From Leucoraja ocellata (Eukaryota): DNA of 64,000 nucleotides. The notes under the pieces were generated by a model. The model did no database searches. It was not told the DNA's origin and was given only the letters and a program-made list of their open reading frames with translations. Made by a program: the position numbers and the translations under genes. The DNA is taken from positions 13,144,001 to 13,208,000 of the forward strand of contig JAWMAR010000013.1 in NCBI GenBank assembly GCA_036785375.1, written 5' to 3'. Numbering within the stretch: position 1 is the first letter of the stretch; each line of letters begins with the position of its first letter. Of the stretch, positions 48,633 to 61,890 are shown one piece after another.

Positions 48633-48784
48633 GTACATAACTGTTATCCTAGATTATCTGCAGTTTGAGTTCAAAATCTTCTGACTCAAAGGTAAGTGTG
48701 TGCTGAGGTAAAAGAGCAAAATCACTTTTAGCCACTACTCTCAATTGCCTATCCACCTCAGTGTTTATCAAGTGCAAGCATGGA

Positions 48785-49810
48785 TAGAGTCATACAGCGT
48801 GGAAACAGACCCTTTGGTCAAACTTGCCCTTGCCGACCAAGTTGCTCCATCTACACCAGTCCCACCTGCCCGCATTTTGCCCATATCCCTTTAAACCTTT
48901 GCATGCACTAGTCCAAATGACTTTTAAGTGTTGTTATAGTGTCTGCCTCGACTACCCCCTTTGGCAGTTCGTTCCATATACCCACCACCCTCTGTGAAAA
49001 CGCTGCCCCACAGGTTCCTATTAAATTTTTCCCCTCTCATCTTAACCTATGTCCTCTGGTTTTTACCCTATCTATTCCCCCCTGATTTTATACACGTATA
49101 AGATTATTCCTCATCCTCTTGCGCACCAAGAAATAAAGTCCTAATCTGTCCAACCTCTCCCTGTAGCTCAGGCCCTCAAATCGTGGCAACATCCTGGTAA
49201 ATCCTCCCTGCACTCATTCCGGTTTTAACAACTTTCCTGTAGCAGGGTGAACACATACTCCAATGTAACCTCACCAACTTCTTGCACAACTATAAAATAA
49301 CATCCCAACATCTGTACTCAATGCCCTCACTGATAAAGCCAATGTGCTGACAGCCTTCTTGACTACCCGATTTACCAGGTAGTATATAATTCCACTTTGA
49401 GGGAATTATATACTTGCACTCCAAGATCTCTCTGTTCTACAACATTTACATAACCCTGCCATTCACTGTGAAGTTCCTGCCCTGGTTTGACTACCCAAAA
49501 TGCACTTATTTCCATTAACTATTCCTCAGCCCACTTACCCAAATGATCAAGAGACTACTTGTGATAACCATCTTTACTATCTACAACCATACCCACTTAA
49601 GTGTTATCTGCAAACCTGTTAATTATAACATCCACATCCAAATTGTTGATATAAACTACAATGGGCCCAACACCGATTCCTGAGGAACATCACCGGCCTC
49701 CAGTCTGAAAAACATCCTTCCACCATCACCCTCTCCTTCCTTCCATGAAGCCAAATTTCTACCTAGTCAGCCAGCTTTCACTAGATCCCTTGCAATCTAA
49801 CCTTTCAGAA
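48785..49810 (-). mobile_element. Decayed CR1 LINE
   Basis: 3'UTR catagagtcatacagc-type end; RFADNT (KFADDT-like) remnant. Confidence 0.75.
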
Positions 49811-49888
49811 CTTTAGAGAACAAAGAATATAGGATGATACAGAATTTTCCCTAATTAAACAGTGGGAAAGCAACGCTTTCTTATTCAG

Positions 49889-49989
49889 GGTACACAACAA
49901 TGCTGGAGAAACTCAGCGGGTGCAGCAGCATCTATGGAGCGAAGGAGATAGGTAACGTTTCGGGCTGAAACCCTTCTTCAGACCTTCTT
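49889..49989 (-). mobile_element. pLTR-only PLE insertion (hammerhead motif 49954-49981)
   Basis: TSD aa(c/t)gctttctta(t/c)tcag at 49872-49888 and 49990-50006. Confidence 0.8.
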
Positions 49990-50564
49990 AATGCTTTCTT
50001 ACTCAGCATTGTTTCTGAATCCACTTTCTCCTTGTGATTTATGCAGTCAGAACAAGTAATGTGCCCACACAGATAGGTTTCCAATCCAAGTTTATTGATT
50101 GCTGCGATAGCTACTCTACATCCCTCTCATCCACTCATCCACTAATGTGATTGTAACACATATTCACAATTGCATTCAAGACTCCTCTTTCCAAACAGGA
50201 TGTTTACCTTGTTTCCTGAGTTGCCTTCTACAGCAAGAATATTGTTTAAAGAACTCTTGGCTCCTGGCTTCTGTCTGCATTTTAACTCGCCCACACGTCA
50301 TTCTGTCCTATCGAAGTTTTCTTAAAAGCTAAGCTCCCATTACTCATTCTCTTTGCAAATGTCACATTAGTTCCCTATTATTTTCTGCATTTAGCTTCAG
50401 CATTTGCTCCAAAATACTGAAGATCAGCAGCTGCAACAGGGTGAAGGGAAGTGATGCTGGGAGAAAGGAACTCAATAGAGAAGTGAAGCCCTGCTGTGGG
50501 TAGAGAACGATGTTTCCATGGTTCTATGGAAAACGAGCAAAAGGATGGAAGCTGAAGATTCTAA

Positions 50565-51089
50565 AGGAGCTGTCCCACTTGGGTGACCTAATTGGCGAAT
50601 TTAGAAGAGTTTGAAAAAATGATATGTTGAAGACCTCCTTCGACTATGTTGAAGTTTGCCTCGACTAGCTTTGATTAACATCGGGAAAATTGGACACCGA
50701 ATAGTGGAGAGTGAAAACGACCTCCTTCGATCTCCTCCGACCTCCCTTCGACTATGATGAAGACTATCTAGGATTACCTTCGACTACCCTCGATTACCTA
50801 CGACTAACATGTCGACCTACTACGACCTACAACGACCAAGCCTACAAGTAACAAAAGTATTGATTTTTACCATGGCGACCTTTTTTAACTGGCTGGCATT
50901 TTTTAACGTATTGAAAAAAACGCCGCGACCTGGCTGAGGCCTCGAGTACGCGGAGACCACTCTCGAGCATGAAGGAGAAGGAGAGTTACAAAGACCTCCT
51001 ACGACCTTGTGTCAACCATGCTGCGAGTATGAGTCGAGGGCAAACTCGCCAGAACTCACGTATTAGGTCGCTCAAGTGGGACAGGCCCT
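50565..51089. mobile_element. PIF/Harbinger-type MITE
   Basis: TIR aggagctgtcccacttg / caagtgggacaggccct, TAA/TTA flanks, many internal cgac(c/t) motifs. Confidence 0.85.
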
Positions 51090-51499
51090 TTACTATATTG
51101 TGCAGTTGCATACACTGATTAAGAACTGAAAGATAAACTAGTAGGATTTTCAGTAGAGATCCCTTCAGTTATTTTATTCAAACACTTTGTGCATGGTTCT
51201 AGAAGCAGTTCTGGGATCCTGCTTTGAATATTTATCTTTATCAGGGCTGCCAACATTGGGTGAGAGTTGAGAGTGAGAAATTGCAAGGGAGCGTAGCGAC
51301 CGAGGGAGGGGGGGGGGGGGGGGGGGGGGCTATGCAGCTCAGTTTAGAGGTACAGAGCTTTTGCATTTTTCAGCTTGAAATTGTGCAATCTGGTGCATAC
51401 TGTAGCGAGTTTTTTAACTAACACTTGAATGTAACAGTTATGCTTTAAATTGGATTAGGTATGAATAAGGTTAGGCTAAATTACGTTCCTAATTACATT

Positions 51500-51693
51500 G
51501 GAGAAATTCTACGGGTGAGGCAGCATCTATTGAGCGAAGGAAATAGGCGAAGTTTCGGGTCGAGACCCTTCTTCAGACTCGACCTGAAACGTTGCCTATT
51601 TCCTTTGCTCCATAGATGCTGCATAGCCCGCTGAATCTCTCCTGCATTTTTGTCTACCTTTGATTTTCCAGCATCTGCATTTCCTTCTTAAAC
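51500..51693. mobile_element. Hairpin pLTR-only PLE insertion
   Basis: 14-bp TSD ttcctaattacatt at 51486-51499 and 51694-51707; inverted arms. Confidence 0.88.
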
Positions 51694-51897
51694 TTCCTAA
51701 TTACATTCCACAATAGAGCCAGGCTCTGCTCAACAGGTGCAACACATGAATGACCTTACTATATTCATGTATGGAAATCAGATTATAATTCAGGCTGTTA
51801 TGCATATATATAGAGAAAAAACATTGAAACAAGGCAAGAGGAGTCAGACTTCCATCACTGTTCTGCACAAATAAATAAATCAACCTTACCCTTTGAC

Positions 51898-52409
51898 AGT
51901 ACACAAAAATGCTGGAGAAACTCAGCGGGTGCAGCAGCATCTATGGAGCGAAAGAGATAGGCAACGTTTGGGGCCAAAACCCTTCTTCAGACTGATAGGG
52001 GGTGGGAGGAGGCGGGGAGCAGAAAGGAAAAAGGAGGAGGAGGAGCCCGAGGTCTGAGGGAGAGGTAGGAAGGGGAGGAGACAGCAAGGGTTAACAGAAT
52101 TATGAGAATTCAATGTTCATGCCACCAGGATGCAGACTCCCCAAGCGGAATATGAGGTGCTGTTCCTCCAATTTCCGGTGTTGCTCACTCTGGCCATGGA
52201 GGAGACCCAGGACAGAGCGGTCGGATACGGAATGAAAGGGGGAGTTGAAGTGCTGAGCCACCGGGAGGTCAGGTTGGTTAGTGCGGACCGAGTGGAGGTG
52301 TTCGGCGAAACGATCGCCAAGCCTACACTTGGTCTCACCGATATAGATCAGCTGACAACTAGAGCAGCGGATGCAATAGATGAGGTTGGAGGAGGTGTGG
52401 CAGTAAACA
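51898..52409 (-). mobile_element. PLE 3' fragment (GIY-YIG + pLTR)
   Basis: SSNLIYCIRCSSCQLIYIGETK; 13-bp TSD cttaccctttgac at 51885-51897 and 52410-52422. Confidence 0.9.
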
Positions 52410-52503
52410 CTTACCCTTTGACTATAGAAACAAGACAAAAATAATGTCACATATTCAATCGTATGTGGTTCAAAGAAATTAAGATATATATGTAAAATAT
52501 ATA

Positions 52504-52781
52504 TATGGAAACAGGCCCTTCAGCCCACCAAGTCCACAACGACCAGTAATCTACCATACACCAGTTCTATCCTACACGCCAGGGACAATTTACAGAAGCC
52601 AATTAACCTACAAACCGGCACTTCTTTCAAATGTGGGAGAAACTGGAATATCCAGAGGAAACCCATGTGGTCATAGGGAGAATGTACAAATTCAGTACAG
52701 ACAGCACCCGTAGTCAGGATCAAATCTGGGTCTGTGGTGCTGCAAGGCAGCAACTCTACCGCTGCGCCACTGTGCCACCCC
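52504..52781 (-). mobile_element. HE1-like tRNA SINE
   Basis: gggtggcacagtggcgcagcggtagagttgctgcc head. Confidence 0.88.
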
Positions 52782-53594
52782 ATTAAAAAAAAATGTCTGT
52801 AATATATTTATTATGGTGTCAGGTCAATAAAGATGAACACATGATTCTGATTTCTGCCCTTAGTTGGATAACACACATCTCCAGTCATTGTGTTTTATGG
52901 CTGATTTTCAACCTCTTCAGTCTGAAGGTCTCGAACCGAAACATCACCCATTTGTTCTCTCCAGAGATGCTGCCAGTCCTGCTGAGTTAATCCAGTTTTT
53001 AGTGTCTGTCTTCAGTTTAAACCACCATCTGCAGTTCCTTCCTACACTCTTTGTTAAGCGAAACAGGTCCTATTCTCATAATATTATTCACCTCAACAGT
53101 ATTTTCTTCACCTCCGTTGCTGCAGAGAATTCAATCCCAGTTATCAAATCTTTCTTCAAAGTGAAAAAAAATGTCCAGCCCTGCCAACATCTTCATAAAT
53201 CACCCCTGGATCCTCTCCAGAGCAATTGCACCCTTTCTACAATGTGTCATAGTCTTACAGCATGGAAACAGGCCCTTCATCCCAACTTGTCCATGCAGAT
53301 CAAGATGCCCCATCTAAACTAGTCCCATTTATCCGCATTTGGCCCATATCCCTTTAAACCTTGTGTGCGCCAGTGTGTGTGTGAGAGTGTGTGTCAGTGA
53401 AGCGGCGACTTGGTGATGACCGGGGAGTGTCTCCCTCTCCCCACCCCGTCACCGCCGTGTCTCACCTATCACACCATCTGCACGGGAAAAACTAAACTAC
53501 CTTTTTCCCCAAAATCATCCCGCGGGCTGGATTGGATCCCTTCGCGGGCCGGTAGTTTGACAGCCCTGCTTTAAACCAATGCCCTCTAGTTCTT

Positions 53595-54371
53595 ACATAG
53601 AAACATAGAAAATAGGTGCAGGAGTAGGCCATTCGGCCCTTCGAGCCTGCACCATTCAATATGATCATGGCTGATCATCCAACTCAGTATCCTGTACCTG
53701 CCTTCTCTCCATACCCCCTGATCCCTTTAGGCACAAGGGCCACATCTAACTCTCTTAAATATAGCCAATTAACTGGCCTCAACTACCTTCTGTGGCAGAG
53801 AATTCCAGAGATTCACCATTCTCTGTGTGAAAAATGTTTTTCTCATCCCGGTCCTAAAAGATTTCCCTTTTATCCTTAAACTATGACCCCTTGTTCTGGA
53901 CTTCCCCAACATTGGGAACAATCTTCCTGCATTTAGCCTGTCCAACCCCTTAAGAATTTTGTACATTTCTATAAGATCCGCCCTCAATCTTCTAAATTCT
54001 AGCGTGTACAAGCCGAGTCTATCCAGTCTTTCTTCATATGAAAGTCCTGACATCCCAGGAATCAGTCTGGTGAACCTTCTCTGTACTCCCTCTATGGCAA
54101 GAATGTCTTTCCTTAGATTAGGAGACCAAAACTGTACGCAATACTCCAGGTGTGGTTTCACCAAGACCCTGTACAACTGCAGTAGAACCTCCCTGCTCCT
54201 ATACTCAAATCCATTTGCTATGAATGCTAACATACCATTTGCTTTCTTCACTGCCTGCTGCACCTGCATGCCTACTTTTAATGACTGGTGTACCATAACA
54301 CCCAGGTCTCGTTGCATCTCCCCTTTTCCTAATCGGCCACCATTCAGATAATAGTCTACTTTCCTGTTTTT
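53595..54371 (-). mobile_element. Young CR1 LINE 3' fragment
   Basis: 207-aa open frame nearly identical to that at 34251-34895; (ttctatgt)n tail. Confidence 0.92.
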
Positions 54372-55109
54372 GATTCCATCTTCTTGAATCACATATCCCG
54401 GGAAAATGACTATGCATTCACCTTATATATTCCCCTCATGGTTTTTACTCATCTCTAAAACAATTTTTGCTTTATTTTGAATTTCTAGCACCTGCAGATT
54501 TTGGTTCCATGAATGTCAAATGTACTGCAGTTTGCCATTTTAAATAGTGTGCTTAAAAGTCTATAGCAATTAAATTGCTCGTTCTTTACGGGAAACCCGA
54601 CGACAGAAAACTCATTGGTGAGTGTGGAGGAGATCTGGAAGCCTTGGGCGAATTGAATTGTTCTTGACTTTATGTATTTACGTTTCAAAATTTGAGCGTG
54701 AGAAATTTGTGATCAGCTTGAGAGCGTGAGAATTTCGTGAAATGTGTGAGTCTCACGCTCAATGCGTGAGAGTTGGCAGCCCTGTCTTTATGCAATGTTG
54801 ATTTTGGTCAGTCCACAAAATGGACAGGAAAAAATAATGGTGGAAGAGCTACCTATGCAGGTTTGCTGCAAATTTATGTTCAGACATGAGAATTTGATGC
54901 CCCATATCTTAGTCAAACAACACAGAACCAGGTCCTTCGGCCTAACTCCATACCGACCTAGGTGCCATTTGCCTACATATATATCGCTCTAAATCTTTGC
55001 CATCCATATTTGTGTCCAAATGACGTTTAAATATGGTTATTGTACATGGTTCACCTACCTTCACTGGAAGCTCAGTCCATATATCTAAGTGAAAACATTG
55101 CCCACAAAA

Positions 55110-55305
55110 TGTTTAGGAAGGAACTGCAGATGCTGGTTTAAACCAAAGATAGGCACAAAATGCTGCAGTAACTCAGCGAGACAGGCAGCATCTCTGGAGA
55201 GAAAGAATGGGTGACGTTTTGGGTTGGGAAGTCTGAAGAAGGGTCTTGATCCGAAACGTCACTCAATCCGTCTCTCCAGAGATGCTGCCTGTCCCGCTGA
55301 GTCTG
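55110..55305. mobile_element. Hairpin pLTR-only PLE insertion (hammerhead motif 55233-55260, +)
   Basis: Inverted arms; ctgaagaagggtcttgatccgaaacgtc. Confidence 0.75.
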
Positions 55306-56307
55306 AAAAAATTGCCCTTCATGTTCCTATTAACTTTTTTCTCTCCTACCTTAGTCCTATGTTCGCTGGTTCCTGATTCCCCTATCCTGGGTATAATACT
55401 CTGTGCATTCACCCAATCAATTGACCTCATGATGTTATACACCTCCTGAGCTTCAAGGTATAACTCCTAGCTTGCCCAAGTCCTCCCTATAGCTCTTAGG
55501 GCTAAGGGAATCAAGGAATATGGGGAAAAAGCCGGAACTTGGTACAGATTTTGGACGATCAGCCATGATCATATTGAATGGCGGTGCTAGCCATTTTTTT
55601 TAATGTTTCAAGCCCCCAAGGCCTGGCAATGTCCTTGTGAATTTACTTTATACTCAATACCTTGATTGATGGAGGCCAATGTACCAATAGCCTTTATTGT
55701 CCTCTCTACCTGGATGCTACTTTCAGGGAACTAGGTACCAGTTTTCCTGGGGGCGGAGTTGGATTCATGGGAGGTGGTCTTGGAGGGGAAGTTGTTCTTC
55801 AAACTGCAGAGCACCCTGGACAATACAACTCACCCCCTCCATGACACACTGGTCAACCTGAGGAGTACCTTCAGCAACTGACTGGTTCCACCGAGATGCA
55901 GCACAGAAAGCCACAAGAGATCCTTTTTCCCAGTGGCTATCAAACTGTACAACTTCTTCCCCTTCAGTCGTGGGGTAGACTGACTACCCCCCTCCCCCTC
56001 CCAAATCTTTGCACATTGCCATCCTTTCCACTTGTCTTGTGTATCTTTTGTTTTATCTTGACTGTTGGTAGATTAATTTCCATTTTGGGATAAATAAAGT
56101 TCTATCGTACTTCTAGATCACTATAATCTAATATTCCCCAGGACCCTGCCATTCACCGTGAATAAACCTACCCTGGTTAGACTTCCCAAATTGAAAAACC
56201 TCACACTTATCTGCATTAGCCATTCATCAGCCAACTTGCCCCACTAATCAAGATACAACAGTATTTTTTGATAACAATCTTCACTGTCTTCAATACCACC
56301 TACTTTA

Positions 56308-57021
56308 TGGGCCTGCCCCACTTAGGCGACTTTTTAGGCGACTGCAGGAGACTATGTAGTTGCCACATGGTTGCCGGGGAGCCGCCTCCATGGTCGTAAG
56401 AAGTTCCCGCATTCTGGGAACTAGTCGCAGCCTCATTATGGTCGCAGCGAATTTTTCAACGTTGAAAAATTAGTGGTGACCAGAATGAAGCCGCCATGGA
56501 GAGTAGCAAGAATTCTCGTGCCGTAGGTGCAGTGGTAGTGGGTCGCCAGTAAGTCGAAGGTTGTCATAGGTTCTCGTAGGTTGTATGGTGCTGACCGGTG
56601 AATTTCAGTGGCTCATTGGGGGAAAAAAACGTAAGCAGTAGTTTTCAGAACCAAGGATAACCAACCGGTAATGTTAATGTCTGCCGAGCTTCACAGCCGT
56701 GTATCTCAGTGCTTCTTAAAAGTTGTTTCCACTCCTTCTCCCCCCTCTTTTAAAGTGCTTACATGACCCTTCCCGTACACTGTGCTTTCACCGTCTTAAT
56801 TACTGCGCCAACCTTCCTGTTCATCGCGGTGTGTGTCTGAATCACATTGGCTTTGCACCGTATAAATTTCAATCAGCGCTCCCTGCCCTGTCCCCCGCCT
56901 GCATAACGGGCTGGTGAATGAAGCGACGTGTATGTGTTCCACTCTGACAGTCGCCGTTCCAGGTGCCGGTTTTTCAAGTGACTGCCAGCGACTTGAGAGT
57001 CGCCTAAGTAGGATAGGCCCA
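56308..57021. mobile_element. PIF/Harbinger-type MITE inserted in a CR1 RT (~56110-57170, minus)
   Basis: TIR tgggcctgccccacttaggcgact / agtcgcctaagtaggataggccca; TTA TSD at 56305-56307 and 57022-57024; removal restores KFADYTKVGGI. Confidence 0.88.
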
Positions 57022-57659
57022 TTAGTGTAATCTGCAAATTTACCGATCGATCCTTGTATATTCTCATCTGAATCGTTGATATAAGTAACAACAGCAATGT
57101 GCCCAGCACTGATCCCTGAGGCACACCACTAGTCACACGGTTCCTGGCCAAAACACAGCATTCCACAGTCATTCAGAGATATGTTATGGAATTTGGGCAC
57201 TATGAATGTAACATGAGAGGCAGGAGTGCACCCACTTGACCCCAAGCCTATTTCATCACTTAATAAGATTATGGCTGATCTTTCACCTCAGCACCTCTTT
57301 CTTGCATTAATCCTGTGTCCCTCTATTCCCTTAATGTCTACAAATCTATTGATCTCTGCCTTGACTGTCTGCAGTGACTGAGCCTCCACTGTCCTCTTGG
57401 ATTGTGTATTCCAAAGATTCACCAAAATGCACTTTCCAAACTGTATTCTCATGTTTCATTCTCTCTTTCATCTGTGAAGAATGTCAGTATTTCTTAAGAT
57501 ACTGAATATGCTAATTCTTTATTACATAATCCTCAGATGCTCTTTGTTTCTCTGCAATTTTAATATCAATAATCCATTTGACAATAATCCTTGAAATTAA
57601 CTGCACCAAAATGAGAACATCATATGGGGATAAATTGTACCAGTACTTTTTCATTTTCA

Positions 57660-59260
57660 GGTGCATGGTTCCTTGAAGGTGGAATCGCAGGTAGATAGGA
57701 TGGACATAAAGGCTTTTGGCACAATGGCGTTCATCAGTCAGAGTATTGAGTATAGAAGTTGGGAGGTCATGTTGCAGTTGTATTAGATGTTGGTGAGACC
57801 GCATTTAGAGTATTGTGTTGGAGCACAGGAGGATGAGGGATGATCTTATAGAGGTGTATAAAATCATGAGAGGAATACATTGGGTGGATGTACAGATTCT
57901 GTTTCCCAGAATAGGTGAATTGAGGACCAGAGGACATAGGTTTAAGGTGAAGGGGGAAAAGATTTAATAGGAATCCGATGGGTAACCTTTTCACACAAAA
58001 GCGAGGTGGGTGTATGGAACAAGCTGCCAGAGGAGGTAGTTAAGGCTGGGATTATTCCAACATTTAAGAAACATTTAGACACGTACATGGATAAGACAGG
58101 CTTATGGACCAAACGCGGGCAGGTGGGACCAGTGTAGCTGGGACATGTTGGCTGGGTTGGACAAGTTGGGCTGAAGAGCCTGTTTCCACACTTTCACTCT
58201 ATGACTAGATAGAATGGCATTGGCATTAAGATATTGTTTAACTTCCTGCTGTTGTTTACCTTTGCTTTCTGGTTAGACTGGAGCATGTCCAGTTAGATAT
58301 TCAATGTAACTGTGGCATAATAATAATAATAATAATAATGTTTTGTTTATAGGGACAGTGCATATTAATTAAAATTTGCATGTAAATATGCAAGATTGTA
58401 GCTAATCAGTAGCTAATTTCCGTCCTAAGATCGTTGCGTGCATGATTCAACTGGATGATACAAGCCCAATTTTAATATCCTGGAGTAGATAGCAAATACT
58501 CATTGTAAATGTTCTTGCATTCATCAAATTCTTTATTTAGGTTTGTTGATTTTGATCATGCATATCCAAAGATGCAATAATTGAGTTTAAACTGGTTGTA
58601 ATCACAACTCAGTCAGTTTTAAGAGGGATATGACTGAATGTTGCAGGAAGGGACTAAATTGGAGTAAGGCAAATTATAACTTTATTAGTCTGGATCTTTG
58701 AAGGGTACATTGGGAGCAGTTGTTATTGGGTATTTAGAATATAGTGTGCAGTTATGGTCGGCCCATTACAGGAAGGATGTGGAGGCGTTGTAAAGAATGC
58801 AGATGAAATTTACCAGAATGATGCCTGGATTAGGGGTATTGGCTATGAAGAGAGGTTAGACAGACTTGGATTGTTTCCTCCGTAATGCCAGAGATAAAGG
58901 GGAGACCTAACAAAAGTATATGAAATTATGAGAGGCACAGCTGGGACAGGCAGTCAGAACCGTCTTCCCCAGGATGGAAATGTCATATACAGAGGGCATC
59001 GCTGTAGCAAAGTTTAAAGGGGATGTGCGGGGAAATTGCTTTGCACAGAGGGCGATGAATGCCTGGAACACATTTGGTGATGGTGAAGGCAGCTACTATG
59101 GGGTGGAATTTAAGAGAGTTTTAGATAGGCACATGGATATGCAGGGAATAGAAGAACATGAATTATGTGCAGGCAGATAAAAGTTAGTCTAGCATTGTAT
59201 TCATCACAGACATTGTGGGCTGAAGGGTCTGTTCCTATGCTTTACTATTTTATGTTTGTG
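57660..59260 (+). mobile_element. Two CR1 3' fragments (~57660-58205, ~58730-59260)
   Basis: IEYRSWEVMLQLY..VRPHLEYC; YLEYSVQLWS..FTRMMPGL. Confidence 0.75.
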
Positions 59261-59884
59261 TTCTGAAAAATATTTTCAGACCAACCATATCTTGTCAGGA
59301 ACAATTAAGATTTATACTAAATTAAGACAGTAGCATTAATTTGGCCAATTTCTTTCTGTTAAGAAGGTATCGGATGATCAATTCGAGTCAATTAAGCAGA
59401 TTAAGGGATACAGTACGCTAGATACAGGAATATAATTTCCTCTGGGGTTAAATCAAAATGGCATAATCTTATGTTAGATCCAGTATATTTAAGGGTGAAA
59501 TTCAGAAGCACATTTTTCAAAACACAGGTTTGTGAAAAGTTAAAACTCTCTCCTGCCAAAAAAAAGGTTGATTTTATGTGATAGATAGATTTTTTAAGGT
59601 TATGGAACTAAAAGGATGTGGATCAATAGAGTTGAGGAAAAGTTCAGCCATGGTCAGGAATACAAATGTTCTTGTGGGGTTGGATCAGTGTAAATGGGTA
59701 GGTGATGGTCAGCACTGGTTCACTGTGCCGCTTCTCTGCTGCATCTGTCTATGGGACCGATTTCTGATATTACACAGGGTGTTTTGAGGCTCCGCGTGTC
59801 AGAAGAGGAAACATGGGACCCGACAGAAGCCATCACAAAATAAGTGAGGGCAAAGTAGGAGTGTAGATAATTAACTCAAAACCA

Positions 59885-60920
59885 AAAGTCTCAAGGTGCT
59901 GGAGTAACTCAGCGGGTCGGTTAACATCTCCGGAGAACATGGATAGTTGACGGTTTGGGTCGGAACTCTTCTTCCCACGGATTGTGGGGGTGGGGAGAAA
60001 TTTGGAAGAGAAGTGGGGAAGGACAAAGCCTGGCAAGTGATCGATGGATACAGGTCTGCATTATTTTTGATAGGTAGATGGTTAGACAGAGGCCAGAGAT
60101 GAAAAGACAAAAACTGTGAGTTCATGATAGAGGTGGGAATTGTGAAGCAGAGGAATGAATACAAGTGGAAATGGAGGGAGGAGGAGGAAGGGGAATAATA
60201 GGTACAAATCCAAGTGGGGAACAGGGAAGAAGGGTAGAAAAAAGAATGGGGAGGGGTAGTTAGTTTATAGGTTAGTTGCTTGAAATTGGAGAATTTGTTG
60301 TACATTCCATTAGGTTGTAAGCTCCACAGCCTGAATGAGATGCCATAACTCCAGTTTGTTGTGTCCACACTCTGCCAATGAAGGAGGCCCAGGACCAAAA
60401 GGTTAGTATGGGAAGGGGAGTTAAAATGGTTAGAAACCAAGAGATGCAGCAGGCCTTGATGAATTGAGCACAAGAGTTTGGCGAAATGGTCGCCTACTCT
60501 GCATATAGACTTGGCGACCGCTTCTCTGAACACTTGGGCTCAATCCGCCAAGCCTTGCTGGATCTCCCGATTGTGAACCATGTTAACTAGCCTTCCCATT
60601 CACATAATGACTTTTCTGTCCTGGGCCGCCTACACCAGAGTGATGTCACATGCAAAATGAAGGAACAGCACCTCATATTCCACTTGAATAGCTTACAATT
60701 CAATAGTATGAACATTGAATACTTCAATTCTATTTAACAAATCTACAAATAAGCACACCTTCTCCCCCCCCCCCCCCCACCACCACGATCAGTATGAAGA
60801 AATATCAAAAGTACCAAAAAGTCACCTATCCATGTTCTCCAGAGATACTGCCTGTCCCACTGAGTAACTCCAGCACTTAATGTCTCTTTTTGTTAAGCAC
60901 CATTTGCAGTTCCTTGTGCC
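59885..60920. mobile_element. Old inverted pair of PLE 3' ends (hairpin centred ~60503)
   Basis: Minus-strand RVGDHFAK..HFNSPSH and plus-strand RLGDRFSEH..EEQHLIF diverge from one point; pLTRs at both outer ends. Confidence 0.75.
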
Positions 60921-61584
60921 TAAAAAAGAAATATCGTTATCAAAATAATGTTCCATACAAATCAAAAGGAGAGAAAATAGAAAAAGTCCTCGGTAGGTAG
61001 GACTGAATGTGTGAGTAAAGACCTTTTGTTAGAGAGACCCTTTCACCTCCTTGGATCTGTTGAAGGTTTTATGATGTCTAGGAAATGAAATATAGGCTCT
61101 TTGGGCCAAAATTGCTGCCTACCCTTGGGCTCAACATGTTCAGTAATACCAGGCTAAGATATGAATGCTAAAACAACTGGACCAGAAGTTTCAGATTTTG
61201 TAACTGTACTACTAACACAAATGCTTATGTGAAATGTCTAAACAAATTATCAATGGCAGCAATTTGCTACTTCTGTTCAACTTAAAACAGTTTGACTCAC
61301 AGTTTAATAAAAGATTATGAGAGTATGAAAGGCCCTTTGAAATTTTATTTGTTACTAGTGAAATCTTTAGTGAAGTTTTAACTCTTGCTTAGCGAACAGT
61401 AATTAACACTTAATATCATTTGTATGAATAAAAATTATAAATGATTAGGGAATATCAGCAGGGGTATTGGGTAAGATATTAAGGTGATTTCCCCCTTGAT
61501 TAATTCCTAATTGTAGATTAACATATTTGGGAGGCGATGAACGAAACCATATCAGTCTCTATCTGAAAGAAATTGCAGAAGTAT

Positions 61585-61890
61585 GGGGCGCCGCAGAAGT
61601 ACAGTTGCTGCCTTACAGTGCCAGAGACTCGGGTTCGATCCTGAACACGGGTGCTGTCTATACACCGTTTGCACGTTCTCCCCGTGACCGCATGGATTTT
61701 CCCCGGGTTCTCCGGTTTCCTCACACACTCCAAAGACGTACAGATTTGTAGATTAATTGGCTTTGGTAAAATTGTAAATTGTCCCCAGTGTGTGTAGGAT
61801 AGTGTTAGTGTGAGGGGATCGCTGGTCGGCACGGACTGATTGGACAGACATGGCCTGTTTCCGCGTTGTATCTCGAAAATAAACTAAAAA
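61585..61890 (+). mobile_element. HE1-like tRNA SINE
   Basis: B box gggttcgatcc and conserved body/tail. Confidence 0.85.

Larger units (their letters stand above)
51242..54784. mobile_element. hAT-like non-autonomous element with multiple nested repeats
   Basis: Perfect 13-bp TIR cagggctgccaac / gttggcagccctg; tctttat on both flanks; repeated gtgaga subterminal motifs. Confidence 0.7.

Noticed and set aside
48664-48697. Small exon ending at aag|gtaagt
   Set aside because: Weak acceptor, adjacent to a SINE tail and probably within old repeat sequence. No coding support.
34174-54371. Two similar-length, near-identical CR1 pieces as a segmental duplication or LTR pair
   Set aside because: Flanks are unrelated and 5' ends differ. 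They are independent insertions of one young family.
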